A DNA stretch of 64,000 bases from Spirochaetia bacterium (GTDB taxonomy: Bacteria; Spirochaetota; Spirochaetia; DSM-16054; Sediminispirochaetaceae). Each line of letters opens with the position of its first letter. The first letter of the stretch is position 1. Below the pieces are notes generated by a model. The model worked only from the letters and a program-made list of their open reading frames with translations, had not been told where the DNA came from and ran no database searches. Below, in pieces: positions 10,032 through 20,136 of this stretch. The position numbers and the translations under genes are program-made. The DNA lies in contig JAXHMY010000007.1 in assembly GCA_034520965.1 (NCBI GenBank), positions 64,001 to 128,000 on the forward strand, written 5' to 3'.

Positions 10032-10069
10032 CCCCGCGCCGCCGTCGTTATTATGAACGACGGGCGGGG
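10032..10069. terminator. GC-rich hairpin downstream of fdhA
   Basis: CCCCGC..CCGTCGTT-loop-AACGACGG-GCGGGG just past the fdhA stop; no clear U-tract. Confidence 0.35.
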
Positions 10070-10101
10070 TCTCGGATGCACCTAAAGGACGGGACCGGAA
10101 A

Positions 10102-12819
10102 TCAGGATGATTTTTCAACCTTGACCGCACACGCCTTGAACTCCGGTATCTTGGCCACCGGATCCAGGGCCGCAATGGTCAGGGCGTTGGCCGGGTGCTC
10201 CTTAAAGTGAAAGACAAGAAAGACCGTGCCGGGGGCTGTCTTGTCGCCGACCCGGGCAGGAACCGTAACTTCTCCCCGGCGGGATGAGACCTTTACCGGC
10301 TCTCCATCTGCCACTCCAAGCCTTGTCGCATCTTCGGGGTTAAGCTCCAGAACCCCGTGTGGTACCCTGTCGTCAAGGACAACGCTTTTCCGGGTCATGG
10401 TTCCGGTGTGCCAGTGCTCCAGCTGACGGCCCGTTGTCAGCACCAGGGGGTATGCGGTGTCGGCCTGTTCCCGGGGCGGGATATAGGCGGCGGTATGGAA
10501 CTTCCCCAGGCCCCGGGCAAAGGTGCCTTCATGCAGCCAGGGGGTTCCCGGGTGGTCTTCCGTGGGGCAGGGCCACTGGAGGCCAACCTTGTCTATCCGC
10601 TTGTAGGTGATTCCACCGTAGCTCGGGGTAAGGCTCTGGATCTCCTTCATGATCGCTTCCGTATTCCCGTAGGCCATCTCGTAACCCATTCGCAGGGAGA
10701 TTCGGCAGATAATCTCCCAGTCTTCCAGGGCTTCTCCCGGAGGTGTTACGGCCTTCCTGAGGCGCTGGACCCTTCGCTCGGTATTGGTGAATGTTCCTTC
10801 TTTCTCCGCGAAGCTGTAGGCAGGCAGCACTACATCGGCCAGTTCCGCCGTCTCGGTCATGAAGATGTCCTGCACCACGAGAAAGTCGGCCTTTTTAAGG
10901 CTCTCGAGAACGTGGTTTGTATCCGGGTCGCTCAGGGCGGGGTTTTCTCCCATCACATAGAGCCCCCGAACCTTTCCCGACTCCAGGCCGTTCATAATCT
11001 CCACCACCGTCAGTCCGGGTTTATTACTGAGCTTCGTGTTCCAGGCGGTTTCAAATTTCTTCTGCACCTTCGGATCGTCCACCTTCTGGTATCCGTTATA
11101 GACATTGGGAAGGGCACCCATATCGCAGGCCCCCTGAACGTTGTTCTGACCCCGCAGCGGATTGACACCGGCGTTCCTGCGCCCCACATTACCGGTCATC
11201 ATTGCCAGGTTGGCAAGGACAAGAACATTGTCCGTACCGCAGGCGTGCTGGGTAATACCCATGGAGTAGATGATGGCGGCGCTTTCGGCGGTCGCGTACA
11301 TCCGGGCCGCCTTGCGTATTGTTTCGGCCGGCACGGAGGTAATCTTCTCGGCAAGCTCCGGGGTTGCCCCTTCAATCTCGGGGAGAAGATCCTCAAATCC
11401 CTCGGTCCGGGAGGCAATAAAGTCCCGGTCCGCAAGATCCTCCTTAAGAATGACATGCATCATGGCATTTATCAGGGCAACATCGGATCCCGAGCGCTGC
11501 TGCATGTGAATATCCGCGGAACGGGCAATACTGATGCGCCGCGGGTCTGCTACGATCAGTTTACTCTTCCCTGACTGCACGGCCTGACGGATATTTATAC
11601 CTATTATGGGATGACACTCGGTTGTGTTGGAGCCGATGATAAAAATGAGGGGAGTGTCGGATAGTTCGGCTATGCTGTTGGTCATTGCTCCGCTTCCAAA
11701 GGCCTTAGCAAGCCCCGCTACGGTGGAAGAGTGGCAGAGCCGCGCACAGTGGTCGACGTTATTGGTACCTACCGCAGCCCGCACAAACTTCTGCATGACA
11801 AAATTGTCTTCGTTGGTCGTCCTGGCCGAAGAGAAGCCCGCAATGGCATCGGGGCCCGCTTCCTTTTTAATCTTTGACAGACGGGAGGCCACCAGATCCA
11901 GGGCCTCGTCCCATTCCGCTTCCCTGTACGCCCCGTCGCCCCGTTCTCCCGTACGGATAAGGGGCTTGGTGAGTCTGCGGGAATCTCCGACAAAGTCCAT
12001 GCCGAATCGTCCCTTTACACAGAGGTTTCCGTCGTTGGGAACTACCCCGACTTCGCTGGTTACCCTGACAATCTTCCCGGTTTTTTTGTGCACATTCAGA
12101 TCTATCTGACAGCCGACCCCGCAGTAACCGCAGGTAGTGCGGACCCTGTTCATATCCTTAAGCTTGCCGGCGAACTTTGCACTCCGTTCGTAGAGAGCCG
12201 AGGTGGGACAGGTGCTGATGCATTGACTGCAGGTTTCGCAGGTCGATTCCTTTAAGGGAACATCGAAGCCGGTGGTAACCAGCACCTGGCCCGAGCGGTT
12301 ACGAAGGGTAAGGGTTTCGATACCCTGCACTTCCGCGCAGATCGCTACGCAGCGCCCGCAGCGGATGCACTTTGTCGGATCATAGATAAGAGCCTTCTCT
12401 CCGCTGGTATAGTTCCTCGTTTTCACTCTGCTTTCAATATGGGGGATGCGGTTCTCCTGGACCTTGAAGTCGTAGGCATAATCCTGAAGGCGACACTCTC
12501 CATCGGTGTCACAGGTACCGCACTCAAAGCGGTGCTCGCTCAGGATAAGCTCCAGGGTGCGCTTTCTCTGACTATTCAGTTTCGGGGTATCGGTTGCAAC
12601 CCGCATATCCGGTTCCACAATTCTGGTACAGGAGGTCTGCATGCCCCTCTGCCCCTCTATCTCCACAAGGCAGAGCCTGCAGGCACCGATCGGTGCGCAG
12701 CGGGGATCGTAACAGAGGTTTGGAATATCGATACCCGCCTTCCGGGCCGCGTTGAGAAGGGTGGTTCCTTCTGCAACCGTAACCGCTTTATCATCTATAT
12801 AGCATGTGATCTGTTTCAT
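10102..12819 (-). CDS. fdhF: Formate dehydrogenase alpha subunit (Mo/W-bisPGD, Cys-ligand type) with N-terminal NuoG-like Fe-S domains
   Basis: Probable start MKQITCYID at 12819; IPNLC...CRLC; TTCGYCGVGC; NVDHCARLCHSSTVAGL; PLRGQNNVQGACDMG; DPVAKIPEFK C-terminus. Confidence 0.95.
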   Translation of the reverse strand: MKQITCYIDDKAVTVAEGTTLLNAARKAGIDIPNLCYDPRCAPIGACRLCLVEIEGQRGMQTSCTRIVEPDMRVATDTPKLNSQRKRTLELILSEHRFECGTCDTDGECRLQDYAYDFKVQENRIPHIESRVKTRNYTSGEKALIYDPTKCIRCGRCVAICAEVQGIETLTLRNRSGQVLVTTGFDVPLKESTCETCSQCISTCPTSALYERSAKFAGKLKDMNRVRTTCGYCGVGCQIDLNVHKKTGKIVRVTSEVGVVPNDGNLCVKGRFGMDFVGDSRRLTKPLIRTGERGDGAYREAEWDEALDLVASRLSKIKKEAGPDAIAGFSSARTTNEDNFVMQKFVRAAVGTNNVDHCARLCHSSTVAGLAKAFGSGAMTNSIAELSDTPLIFIIGSNTTECHPIIGINIRQAVQSGKSKLIVADPRRISIARSADIHMQQRSGSDVALINAMMHVILKEDLADRDFIASRTEGFEDLLPEIEGATPELAEKITSVPAETIRKAARMYATAESAAIIYSMGITQHACGTDNVLVLANLAMMTGNVGRRNAGVNPLRGQNNVQGACDMGALPNVYNGYQKVDDPKVQKKFETAWNTKLSNKPGLTVVEIMNGLESGKVRGLYVMGENPALSDPDTNHVLESLKKADFLVVQDIFMTETAELADVVLPAYSFAEKEGTFTNTERRVQRLRKAVTPPGEALEDWEIICRISLRMGYEMAYGNTEAIMKEIQSLTPSYGGITYKRIDKVGLQWPCPTEDHPGTPWLHEGTFARGLGKFHTAAYIPPREQADTAYPLVLTTGRQLEHWHTGTMTRKSVVLDDRVPHGVLELNPEDATRLGVADGEPVKVSSRRGEVTVPARVGDKTAPGTVFLVFHFKEHPANALTIAALDPVAKIPEFKACAVKVEKSS

Positions 12820-12833
12820 ATATAATTTCCTCT

Positions 12834-14680
12834 TCAGGATATGGTAATTGCGTCGAAGGGACACACGTCGTAGCAGTTTCCGCAGGTTATACAGATTTCC
12901 TGGCTGATGACATGAGGTACTTTCCGCTCTCCGGAGATTGCATTCACCGGACACGCCTTTTTGCACAATCCGCAGGCCTTGCACTTCTCTTCGATAATGT
13001 CGTAGCGTATCAAACCCTTGCACACCTTTGCCGGACAGGTTTTCTGATGAATGTGCGCTTCGTACTCATCCCGGAAGAATCTCAAGGTGGTAAGCACCGG
13101 GTTCGGCGCCGTCTGTCCAAGTCCGCAGAGGGATCCTGTCTTCACCGTCTTTGCCAGCTCTTCCAGTCTGGATATGTCGGCGGCCTCCCCCTTTCCTTCG
13201 GTTATCCTGTTGAGGATATCCACCATCTGACGGGTTCCCACCCTGCAGGGAACGCATTTTCCGCAGGACTCCTCCTGGGTAAATTCCAGGAAGTAGCGGG
13301 CGACATCGACCATACAGGTGCTCTCGTCCATAACGATGAGCCCCCCGGAACCCATTATCGCCCCGATCTCCTTGACCGATTCGTAATCAATGGCGATATC
13401 AAGGTACTCTTCGGGTACACATCCTCCCGAAGGACCTCCCATCTGGGCGGCTTTGAATTTTTTGTCGCCGGGAATACCTCCGCCGATATCAAAGACGATC
13501 TTCCGCAGGGTGGTTCCCATGGGCACTTCCACCAGGCCGTTATTGTTCACCTTGCCGGCGAGGGCAAAGATCTTTGTTCCCTTGGATCCTTCGGTGCCGA
13601 TGGATGAGTACCACTGTGCTCCGTTCAGCAGGATGGCCGGGACATTGGCCAGGGTTTCAACGTTGTTGATGGTTGTGGGCTTGCCCTTATAGCCGCTTTT
13701 GGCGGGAAAGGGAGGCCGGGATCGCGGCATGCCCCGCTTACCTTCAAGGGAGGCGATAAGGGCAGTCTCCTCACCGCAGACAAAGGCTCCCGCACCTTTC
13801 CTTATTTCAATGGTAAAATCAAAGCCCGTGCCGAGAATGTTTTCACCGAGAAAGCCGGCTTCGGCCGCCTGTTCCAGGGCTTTGGTGCAGTTGCTTACCG
13901 CCAGAGGGTATTCGGCCCGGACGTAGATAATTCCACGGTTTGCCCCGATGGCATATCCGGCAATTGCCATCCCCTCAAGAATGACATGGGGGCTGCCCTC
14001 CAGGAGGCTGCGGTCCATGAATGCTCCCGGATCACCTTCGTCGGCATTGCAGATAAGATATTTTTCTCCTCCCTCTTCCCGGAGACAGAAGTCCCACTTC
14101 ATCCCCGTGGGAAAACCGGCTCCCCCTCTTCCCCGCAGGCCCGAATCCTTGATCTCCTTGACCACACCCTGGGGAGTCATGGTGGAGATGGCTTTGGCAA
14201 GGGCCGCGTAGCCGTCACGGGCAATATATTCTTCAATCCGGACGGGATCCATTTTTCCGTTGTGAAGGAACACGATCCGCTGCTGCCCCGCGTAAAAGGC
14301 AATCTCTTTTTCCAACGATACCTGCTTGTCCGTTGCAGGTTCCGAAAAAGAAGTTCCTCTACAATGCCGTCGCCGGCGACGGAGGTCTCGACAATTCCGG
14401 GAATATCTTCCAGCTTGACTGCGGGATAGAAGAGCCCCGGGGGAGAGATGACCACGATCGGTCCTTTCTCGCAAAACCCGTGGCAGCCGGTGGAGCGTAC
14501 GATTACCTTGCCGGAAAGGCCCAGGCGCTCAATCTCGTCGGTAAAGGCCTCGACCATACCATTTGAGCCGAAAGCCACACAGCCGGTTCCTCCGCAGATG
14601 TTAATCTCCTTGATCCCGCTCTTCTCTGCGCCCTTCAGCTTCTGCTGGTACGTCTCAAGTTCATCTATGCTCTTAATCAT
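12834..14680 (-). CDS. NuoF/HydB-like FMN/NADH-binding subunit with N-terminal thioredoxin-like 2Fe-2S and C-terminal 2x4Fe-4S, frameshifted near 14345
   Basis: ICGGTGC...[77 protein letters not shown]. The frameshift sits at an A-run. Confidence 0.92.
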
Positions 14681-15216
14681 TATTCATCACGCTCCGTTTT
14701 CAGGTTTTTGACCAGTTTACGTGCCTTATCAACATCCATCTTTCCGTGGAAGGTATCGTCCACGACACTTAAGGGTGCAAGAGCGCATGCTCCAAGACAG
14801 CTGACCGTTTCCAGGGTAAAAAGCATATCCTCCGAAGACCCGTCTTCCTTGAGCCCCGTTTCCTGCCTTACCGCATCAATAATCTTGGAAGCACCTTTTA
14901 CATGACATGCGGTTCCCCGGCAGCACTGAATGATGTGCTTTCCCCTGGGTTCGGTGTAAAACTGCGAATAGAAGGTGATAACACCGTGCATTCTGCTTGT
15001 AGGTATTCCCGTCTCCCTGCTTACCCATCCAAGGACCTGTTCGGGAAGGTAGCCATATCCTTCCTGAATCTGCTGAAGAAGGGGAATAAGCAGGTCTTCG
15101 GTCTTCTCTCCCCCTCCGGAAACTCCTGCTTCAGCCTCTTTCTTAAATTCCTGTACAATTTTTTTTGCTATTGCAAGATCCGCTTCCGGAACCTTGGTGT
15201 CGGATTTACTGCTCAT
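14680..15216 (-). CDS. NuoE/HydC-like 2Fe-2S subunit
   Basis: LIPLLQQIQEGYGYLP, VITFYSQF, CCRGTACHVKGA and VSCLGACALAP motifs. Confidence 0.93.
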   Translation of the reverse strand: MSSKSDTKVPEADLAIAKKIVQEFKKEAEAGVSGGGEKTEDLLIPLLQQIQEGYGYLPEQVLGWVSRETGIPTSRMHGVITFYSQFYTEPRGKHIIQCCRGTACHVKGASKIIDAVRQETGLKEDGSSEDMLFTLETVSCLGACALAPLSVVDDTFHGKMDVDKARKLVKNLKTERDE

Positions 15217-15273
15217 GATGCCTCCTTTTGCAGTGTGAGAAACCGGTTATGAAATACATATAGTAATAATTGA

Positions 15274-15302
15274 ATGGTAATTGGTTTCCACTTTATCGTC
15301 AA
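15274..15302 (-). promoter_or_regulatory. Sigma70-like promoter of the nuoE/nuoF-like/fdh operon
   Basis: TTGACG-17 nt-TACCAT on the minus strand. Confidence 0.45.
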
Positions 15303-15553
15303 TCTGCGGGCCCGCAATAGACCGCTAAAATGACAAAAACAGTCATTATTACAGAAACTCCGGGGTGTGCGTGAAAAGGATAATTTTGCAGATAACCATC
15401 AGTTCCGGCTCTTCGAACATCGGACTGTGTGCCGATTGACGGAAGGTCTATTTCACCTGCCCCATGGGTTTTTATTTCAGCATAATTTGTGTATGTAAGG
15501 GCCCGGTCCTATAATTAGTATAATAGTTTTGAAACTCCTTGAAGGTGACGACT

Positions 15554-15713
15554 ATGACCGGAAAGATACTTCTCGTCGAGAACGAAGCCCCCATTGCCTT
15601 GAATGAAGCCCGGATGCTCAAAAAATTCGGTTATGAGGTAGTTATCGCCTATACGGGTGAAGAAGCGTTGAACATAGCGGAGGAAGAGAGTGAGATATCG
15701 CTTATTCTAATTT
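15554..15713 (+). pseudogene. Truncated response-regulator receiver domain
   Basis: KILLVENEAPIALNEARMLKKFGYEVVIAYTGEEAL...ISLILI breaks off just before the phospho-acceptor Asp, where an AT-rich fragment begins. Confidence 0.7.
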
Positions 15714-16180
15714 CGTGTATGCTATTGATAAACTCCCAGAAATGTTATCAGGAGACGCATTTAAAATTATTTGTTCAGCCCCATTTGCAACAATAAATTT
15801 GAATATTTTTATATTTTCTTTGTTAAATTTTACTGGTAATTCAATTGTTTTGTGTTTATCTAAAAATATCTTATCACCGCGTAATATATACTTTTTTGCG
15901 CCATATGCTGTTCTCGACTGATCATCTATTACCTTGTGTTTCGATCGGGTCCACTGAATATTTGATTTTTGTCTCTTTTATCTAATATATTACTTTCTCT
16001 ATCGAAAAAAATAAATATATTGTTTTCAAAAATTGCAAGCAAATCACAGAGTTCATCACCATCATTTTTAACAGGATTTGGATAACTCCATAATTTAAGA
16101 AATGTATTTTCTGCTAAGCTTGCTAATAGTTTCTCTGAATCTGTTAATCCTTTTGATTTTGGCGACGGGTTTAGTAACAT
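15714..16180 (-). pseudogene. AT-rich N-terminal fragment of a PD-(D/E)xK/NERD-like nuclease-domain protein
   Basis: GLTDSEKLLASLAENTFLKLWSYPN...ELCDLLAIFENNIFIFFDRE; continues in another frame (KVIDDQSRTAYGAKKYI...GSLSIAY) and is cut off near 15714. Confidence 0.55.
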
Positions 16181-16336
16181 GATTTACCCCTCGAATCCGC
16201 TGTTGCTGATTGCCCTGGGATTTACCGTGGTGAGCTATCCAAAGTGGCTTAAATGGACTCTGCCTATTCAGGGCATGGTATTCGCTTTAACCTTGGTATT
16301 TTTGATGGTGGCGGTGAGCATCGGGTTTGGGCCGTT

Positions 16337-16765
16337 TTAGGGGGCGCCGATGTGGAGATCTCCGTAAAAGTCTTCGACTATGCGCTGGTGCTCGAAGGCA
16401 AAGGGGAGGGAATGCATCTCTTCGCGGGTAAACCAGCGAAGGTCCTTAACCTCGGCCTCCTGCCGTTTGAGTGAACCTGTGGTATAGGCAATAAAGATAA
16501 GGGCCACCGCATGCCATTTCAGTTCGTCGTAATATTCGGTATAGAAATTAAAAAAATTGTAGTTTATTACCTGCAGGCCGGTTTCTTCATGCACTTCACG
16601 AACCATGGCCTTTTCTACCGGTTCGCCGTAATCTATATGCCCACCCGGGATGCACCAGCGCCCGGCAAAGGGCTCATTATTTCGCTGTTCCAGAAGCAGT
16701 CTGCCATTGCTTTCGATTAATGCCCCCACTGTAGCTTTTACACAATAATGCCGGCTTTCACTCAT
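16337..16765 (-). CDS. NUDIX hydrolase
   Basis: Nudix box GGHIDYGEPVEKAMVREVHEETGL. Confidence 0.92.
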   Translation of the reverse strand: MSESRHYCVKATVGALIESNGRLLLEQRNNEPFAGRWCIPGGHIDYGEPVEKAMVREVHEETGLQVINYNFFNFYTEYYDELKWHAVALIFIAYTTGSLKRQEAEVKDLRWFTREEMHSLPFAFEHQRIVEDFYGDLHIGAP

Positions 16766-18045
16766 GCAACTGGTCCTCTCTTTTTTGAAAAATTAAGATA
16801 TTCCTTTTCTTCTACAATCTCTTTTAAGTGCTGGACTGTGTTCCATACTTCAATGTAATTGGTATAAAGCGGTACCGGAGCCAATCTTATTACGTTTGGA
16901 TACCGAAAATCCGGCACAACTCCACGCTGTTTTAAGGCTTCATTTATCCTGAGCGCCTCCGGGTGCTCTACGGCTATATGACCGCCCCTGCGAGCAGCCT
17001 CCCGGGGTGTCCCAATAGAGTACCCGCTTTCCGCTTCCGGGACAAGGGCATCCATCAGGTACATAAGATATTCAGTGAGCTGTAGGGATTTAGTACGAAG
17101 TTTTTCAATTCCCGCAGCCTGGTACAATTTCAGAGAGCCCTCCAGGGGAGCGGCACTTAATAAATGGGGTGTTCCAATATGGAAAGCCCCCGCATCCGGA
17201 GCGGGCTCGAAGCTAAGTTTCATATCGAACTGGCGCTCCTTGTTGTACCCCCACCAGCCGGCCATAGCCGGTTCTGCCGGCAGGTGCCGTTGGTTCACAT
17301 ATAAGCCGGCGGTGCCGCCGGGGCCGTTATTCATGTACTTGTAATTGCACCAGAAGGCAAAATCAACCTCATCTTTGTCAAAAGAATGGGGGACCGCCCC
17401 GATGGAGTGGCTGCAATCGAAGCCGATGGTAATGCCGCGCTCATGGGCAGCCTTGGTCAACTGGTGGATGTCGAGCAGCTGTCCGCTGCGGTAGAGTACC
17501 GACGGAAAGAGTGCCAGTGCAACCCTCTCGTCCATTCCGGCGATGATATCCGCTTCACTAAGAAATCGGCCGTCGGCGCTTTTTACCAAGCGAAGCCGGG
17601 TTTCAGGGTCATGTCCCAGGGACTTGAGAATCGATTTGGCCGCATAGATATCCGAAGGGAAGTTAAGTTCATCCATAAGAATAATAGTGCGTGAGTCTTT
17701 AGGGGCGTAGAGACTGCGGACCAGAGCGTGTAAGTTTACAGTGGTCGAGGCAGTTACGGCCATCTCCGAAGGGGATGCGCCAACCAGGGGTGCCTCCATG
17801 GCGGCCAGTTTTTCACAATAGTTGTACCAAGGAACCTCGGGTTCAAGCCAGCCATTGATTCCCAGCCGCTTCCATTCGTCGATTAAACGGTACACACTTT
17901 CCTCTGCCTCTCGTGAGAGCAGGCCTAGGGAGTTTCCGTCCATATAAATCGTATTCGGCAGTTTATAGAAGTGGTCGCTAAAATGTTTTAAGGTATCCTG
18001 TTGATCGAGCTGTTCAGCACATTCACGGCTAATATCGTATTTCAT
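16762..18045 (-). CDS. kynU: Kynureninase
   Basis: IYMDGNSLGL, NFPSDIY, FDCSHSIGAVP, WCNYKYMNNGPG, RRGGH and IRLAPVPLY motifs. Confidence 0.95.
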   Translation of the reverse strand: MKYDISRECAEQLDQQDTLKHFSDHFYKLPNTIYMDGNSLGLLSREAEESVYRLIDEWKRLGINGWLEPEVPWYNYCEKLAAMEAPLVGASPSEMAVTASTTVNLHALVRSLYAPKDSRTIILMDELNFPSDIYAAKSILKSLGHDPETRLRLVKSADGRFLSEADIIAGMDERVALALFPSVLYRSGQLLDIHQLTKAAHERGITIGFDCSHSIGAVPHSFDKDEVDFAFWCNYKYMNNGPGGTAGLYVNQRHLPAEPAMAGWWGYNKERQFDMKLSFEPAPDAGAFHIGTPHLLSAAPLEGSLKLYQAAGIEKLRTKSLQLTEYLMYLMDALVPEAESGYSIGTPREAARRGGHIAVEHPEALRINEALKQRGVVPDFRYPNVIRLAPVPLYTNYIEVWNTVQHLKEIVEEKEYLNFSKKRGPVA

Positions 18046-18098
18046 ATAGATTTGAGTATAGCATTATCAGGGATCCCGTCAACACCTGTCTTCAATAC

Positions 18099-18638
18099 CT
18101 ATTCTAACCCTTTTGGAGGGCCAAGTACTTCAGAAAGCACGATTGCCCGTTGCAGTTCGTTCAATTCTTGGAGCCTTGAAATGGCCGACGAGCTTGGAAG
18201 GGCGGCCCGCTTGGTCCGGGCCGCTGTGGGAGCTATTTCAGTTCTCTGAGAGAGAGCCGCGCCGGAGGTGTTTTTCATACCCTCGATAGGATTAAACTTT
18301 TCACCAAGCTGCTGTGTTGTGTGCTGCTCCGTTGCTCTTTTTGGTTTATGGGTTTGTTTATAAGCCTTATCCTCTTCAGGAGTCTTTCCTTCGCTGAAGG
18401 AGACCTCAGGTTCACTCTCTCGATCTTGTGCGCGCAGACGTTCAAGCTGTGAGAAGAGACCCCGCGAGCTCTTTTTACCGGAGGCCGTTTTACCCCTCAT
18501 TTCCCCCTCCTTTGGAGAGGAGGGGGCTTTACGGTCTTTTTTAGCCTGGGCAAAGGCCATGGCCATGGGAAAGATGATGAACATCAAAAATACAAGAAAG
18601 GTAAACACAGTTGCAATTGCATCGCCAACCTGAGTCAT
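18099..18638 (-). CDS. Membrane-anchored hypothetical protein (YqfB-like position)
   Basis: N-terminal TM and C-terminal LQRAIVLSEVLGPPKGLE; downstream of floA. Confidence 0.7.
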   Translation of the reverse strand: MTQVGDAIATVFTFLVFLMFIIFPMAMAFAQAKKDRKAPSSPKEGEMRGKTASGKKSSRGLFSQLERLRAQDRESEPEVSFSEGKTPEEDKAYKQTHKPKRATEQHTTQQLGEKFNPIEGMKNTSGAALSQRTEIAPTAARTKRAALPSSSAISRLQELNELQRAIVLSEVLGPPKGLE

Positions 18639-18649
18639 TTTACCGCTCC

Positions 18650-19651
18650 TTACTGTTCCGGATTGTTGCCGCCTGGTTCTTCACCGCTGATGCTTTCCCT
18701 CATGCTGGTATCGGCCTGCACATTTTTCATCCGGTAGTAATCCATGATACCTAAGTTGCCCTTGCGGAATGCTTCCGAGATAGCTTTGGGTATTTCGGCC
18801 TCCTGCAGTACAACCTTAGCCCGGTTTTCCTGAACCTGAGCAACCATCTCTTGTTCGCGGGCTTGTGCTGCAGCCCGCCGCTGCTCTGCAACCGCTTGAA
18901 ACCGTCGTTTGTCGGCCTCCGCCTGATCGGCCTGCAGTTTAGCTCCGACATTTTCCCCTACATCGATATCTGCAATATCAATGGACAAAATTTCAAAGGC
19001 GGTCCCCGCATCTAGTCCTTTCTGAAGTACCGTGCGGGATATTTGGTCGGGATTCTCGAGTACATCCTTGTAACTCTCGGAGGAACCGATAGTGGTCACT
19101 ATTCCTTCGCCTACACGAGCAATAATAGTCTCTTCTTTTGCACCGCCGACGAGACGTTCAATATTAGCCCGTACAGTTACGCGGGCCTTCGCTCGCAACT
19201 GAATACCGTCTTTGGCGACCGCATCGATGGTGTTGCGGCCCATCTCCGGGTTGGGGCAGTCAATCACTTTTGGATTTACGCTTGTTTTAACCGCGTCTAA
19301 CACATCACGCCCGGCCAGATCGATCGCAGCTGCTTTTTGAAAGACAAGCGGGATACTGGCTTTATTGGCGGCGATTAGCGCTTTGGCCACTCGCAGCACA
19401 TCTCCACCGGCCAAGTAGTGGGTCTCAAGCAGATCACTGTCAATATCAATACCTGCTTTCGTCAGCATAATCCGGCTGTCGACAATTATCTTCAGCTTTA
19501 CCTTGCGAATCCACATCCCGACCAAACGGCCCATTGAAATATGGGCTCCGGAGAGCAGAGCCCGGAACCACAAACTAAAAAACTTAAAAAAGAAGGCGAT
19601 AAAAACCAGTAATACAATACCAATGAGCACATACAATACAATCATTGCCAT
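18650..19651 (-). CDS. floA: Flotillin-like protein FloA (YqfA)
   Basis: [46 protein letters not shown] and GNLGIMDYY motifs. Confidence 0.95.
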   Translation of the reverse strand: MAMIVLYVLIGIVLLVFIAFFFKFFSLWFRALLSGAHISMGRLVGMWIRKVKLKIIVDSRIMLTKAGIDIDSDLLETHYLAGGDVLRVAKALIAANKASIPLVFQKAAAIDLAGRDVLDAVKTSVNPKVIDCPNPEMGRNTIDAVAKDGIQLRAKARVTVRANIERLVGGAKEETIIARVGEGIVTTIGSSESYKDVLENPDQISRTVLQKGLDAGTAFEILSIDIADIDVGENVGAKLQADQAEADKRRFQAVAEQRRAAAQAREQEMVAQVQENRAKVVLQEAEIPKAISEAFRKGNLGIMDYYRMKNVQADTSMRESISGEEPGGNNPEQ

Positions 19652-20136
19652 TATGAGTCTCCTTTCCGCACCACGATGCGGTTTCCTTCAGTGTAGCGCA
19701 CCCTAATGGATACCCCTTGTTCTATAAACTCGCCGTCGGTAACGGCACTATAACGATTTCCGTTGATTATGACCGAGCCTGCCGGTCGTAGAGCGGTTTC
19801 TGTGGTGCCGGATGTGCCCTTCAATTCATGGTACTGGTGTTCAGTGTGGCTTGAATAACCGGACTCTGGGGACTGGTTCTTTGATAATATGAGTCGACGT
19901 CCCATGAAGGTTCGGGGAAAGTACTTAAAATAGAGAATAAAAATGCTCGGAATGGCGATAAAGGCGGCAATCATAAACAGAGATCCCGCTAAGTTTCCCT
20001 GGGTTTGAAAGGTACGCACGATGGAAGCAATAATGCTTCCTAAGCCGACCAATCCAATTATCCCGCCGGCGGGAACGAAAAGTTCGATAATCATAGCTGC
20101 GATTCCTAAAATCGCCAGAGCAATTATTGCTATCAT
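19651..20136 (-). CDS. Short NfeD-family protein (TM plus OB fold)
   Basis: [18 protein letters not shown] and [11 protein letters not shown] motifs. Confidence 0.88.
   Translation of the reverse strand: MIAIIALAILGIAAMIIELFVPAGGIIGLVGLGSIIASIVRTFQTQGNLAGSLFMIAAFIAIPSIFILYFKYFPRTFMGRRLILSKNQSPESGYSSHTEHQYHELKGTSGTTETALRPAGSVIINGNRYSAVTDGEFIEQGVSIRVRYTEGNRIVVRKGDS

Noticed and set aside
10357..11574. 405-aa plus-strand ORF and other long antisense ORFs (12912-13607, 51620-52408)
   Set aside because: Shadow frames opposite well-conserved GC-rich genes, with no recognisable motifs.
11735..11745. Selenocysteine recoding in FdhA
   Set aside because: The ligand codon is Cys (HCARLCH) with no in-frame TGA.
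14330..14360. Programmed frameshift in the NuoF-like gene
   Set aside because: A single indel in a homopolymer, in a window with many similar errors; no stimulatory structure noticed.
15217..15540. Moco/Tuco riboswitch or Rex operator upstream of the fdh operon
   Set aside because: No convincing match to either consensus by eye.
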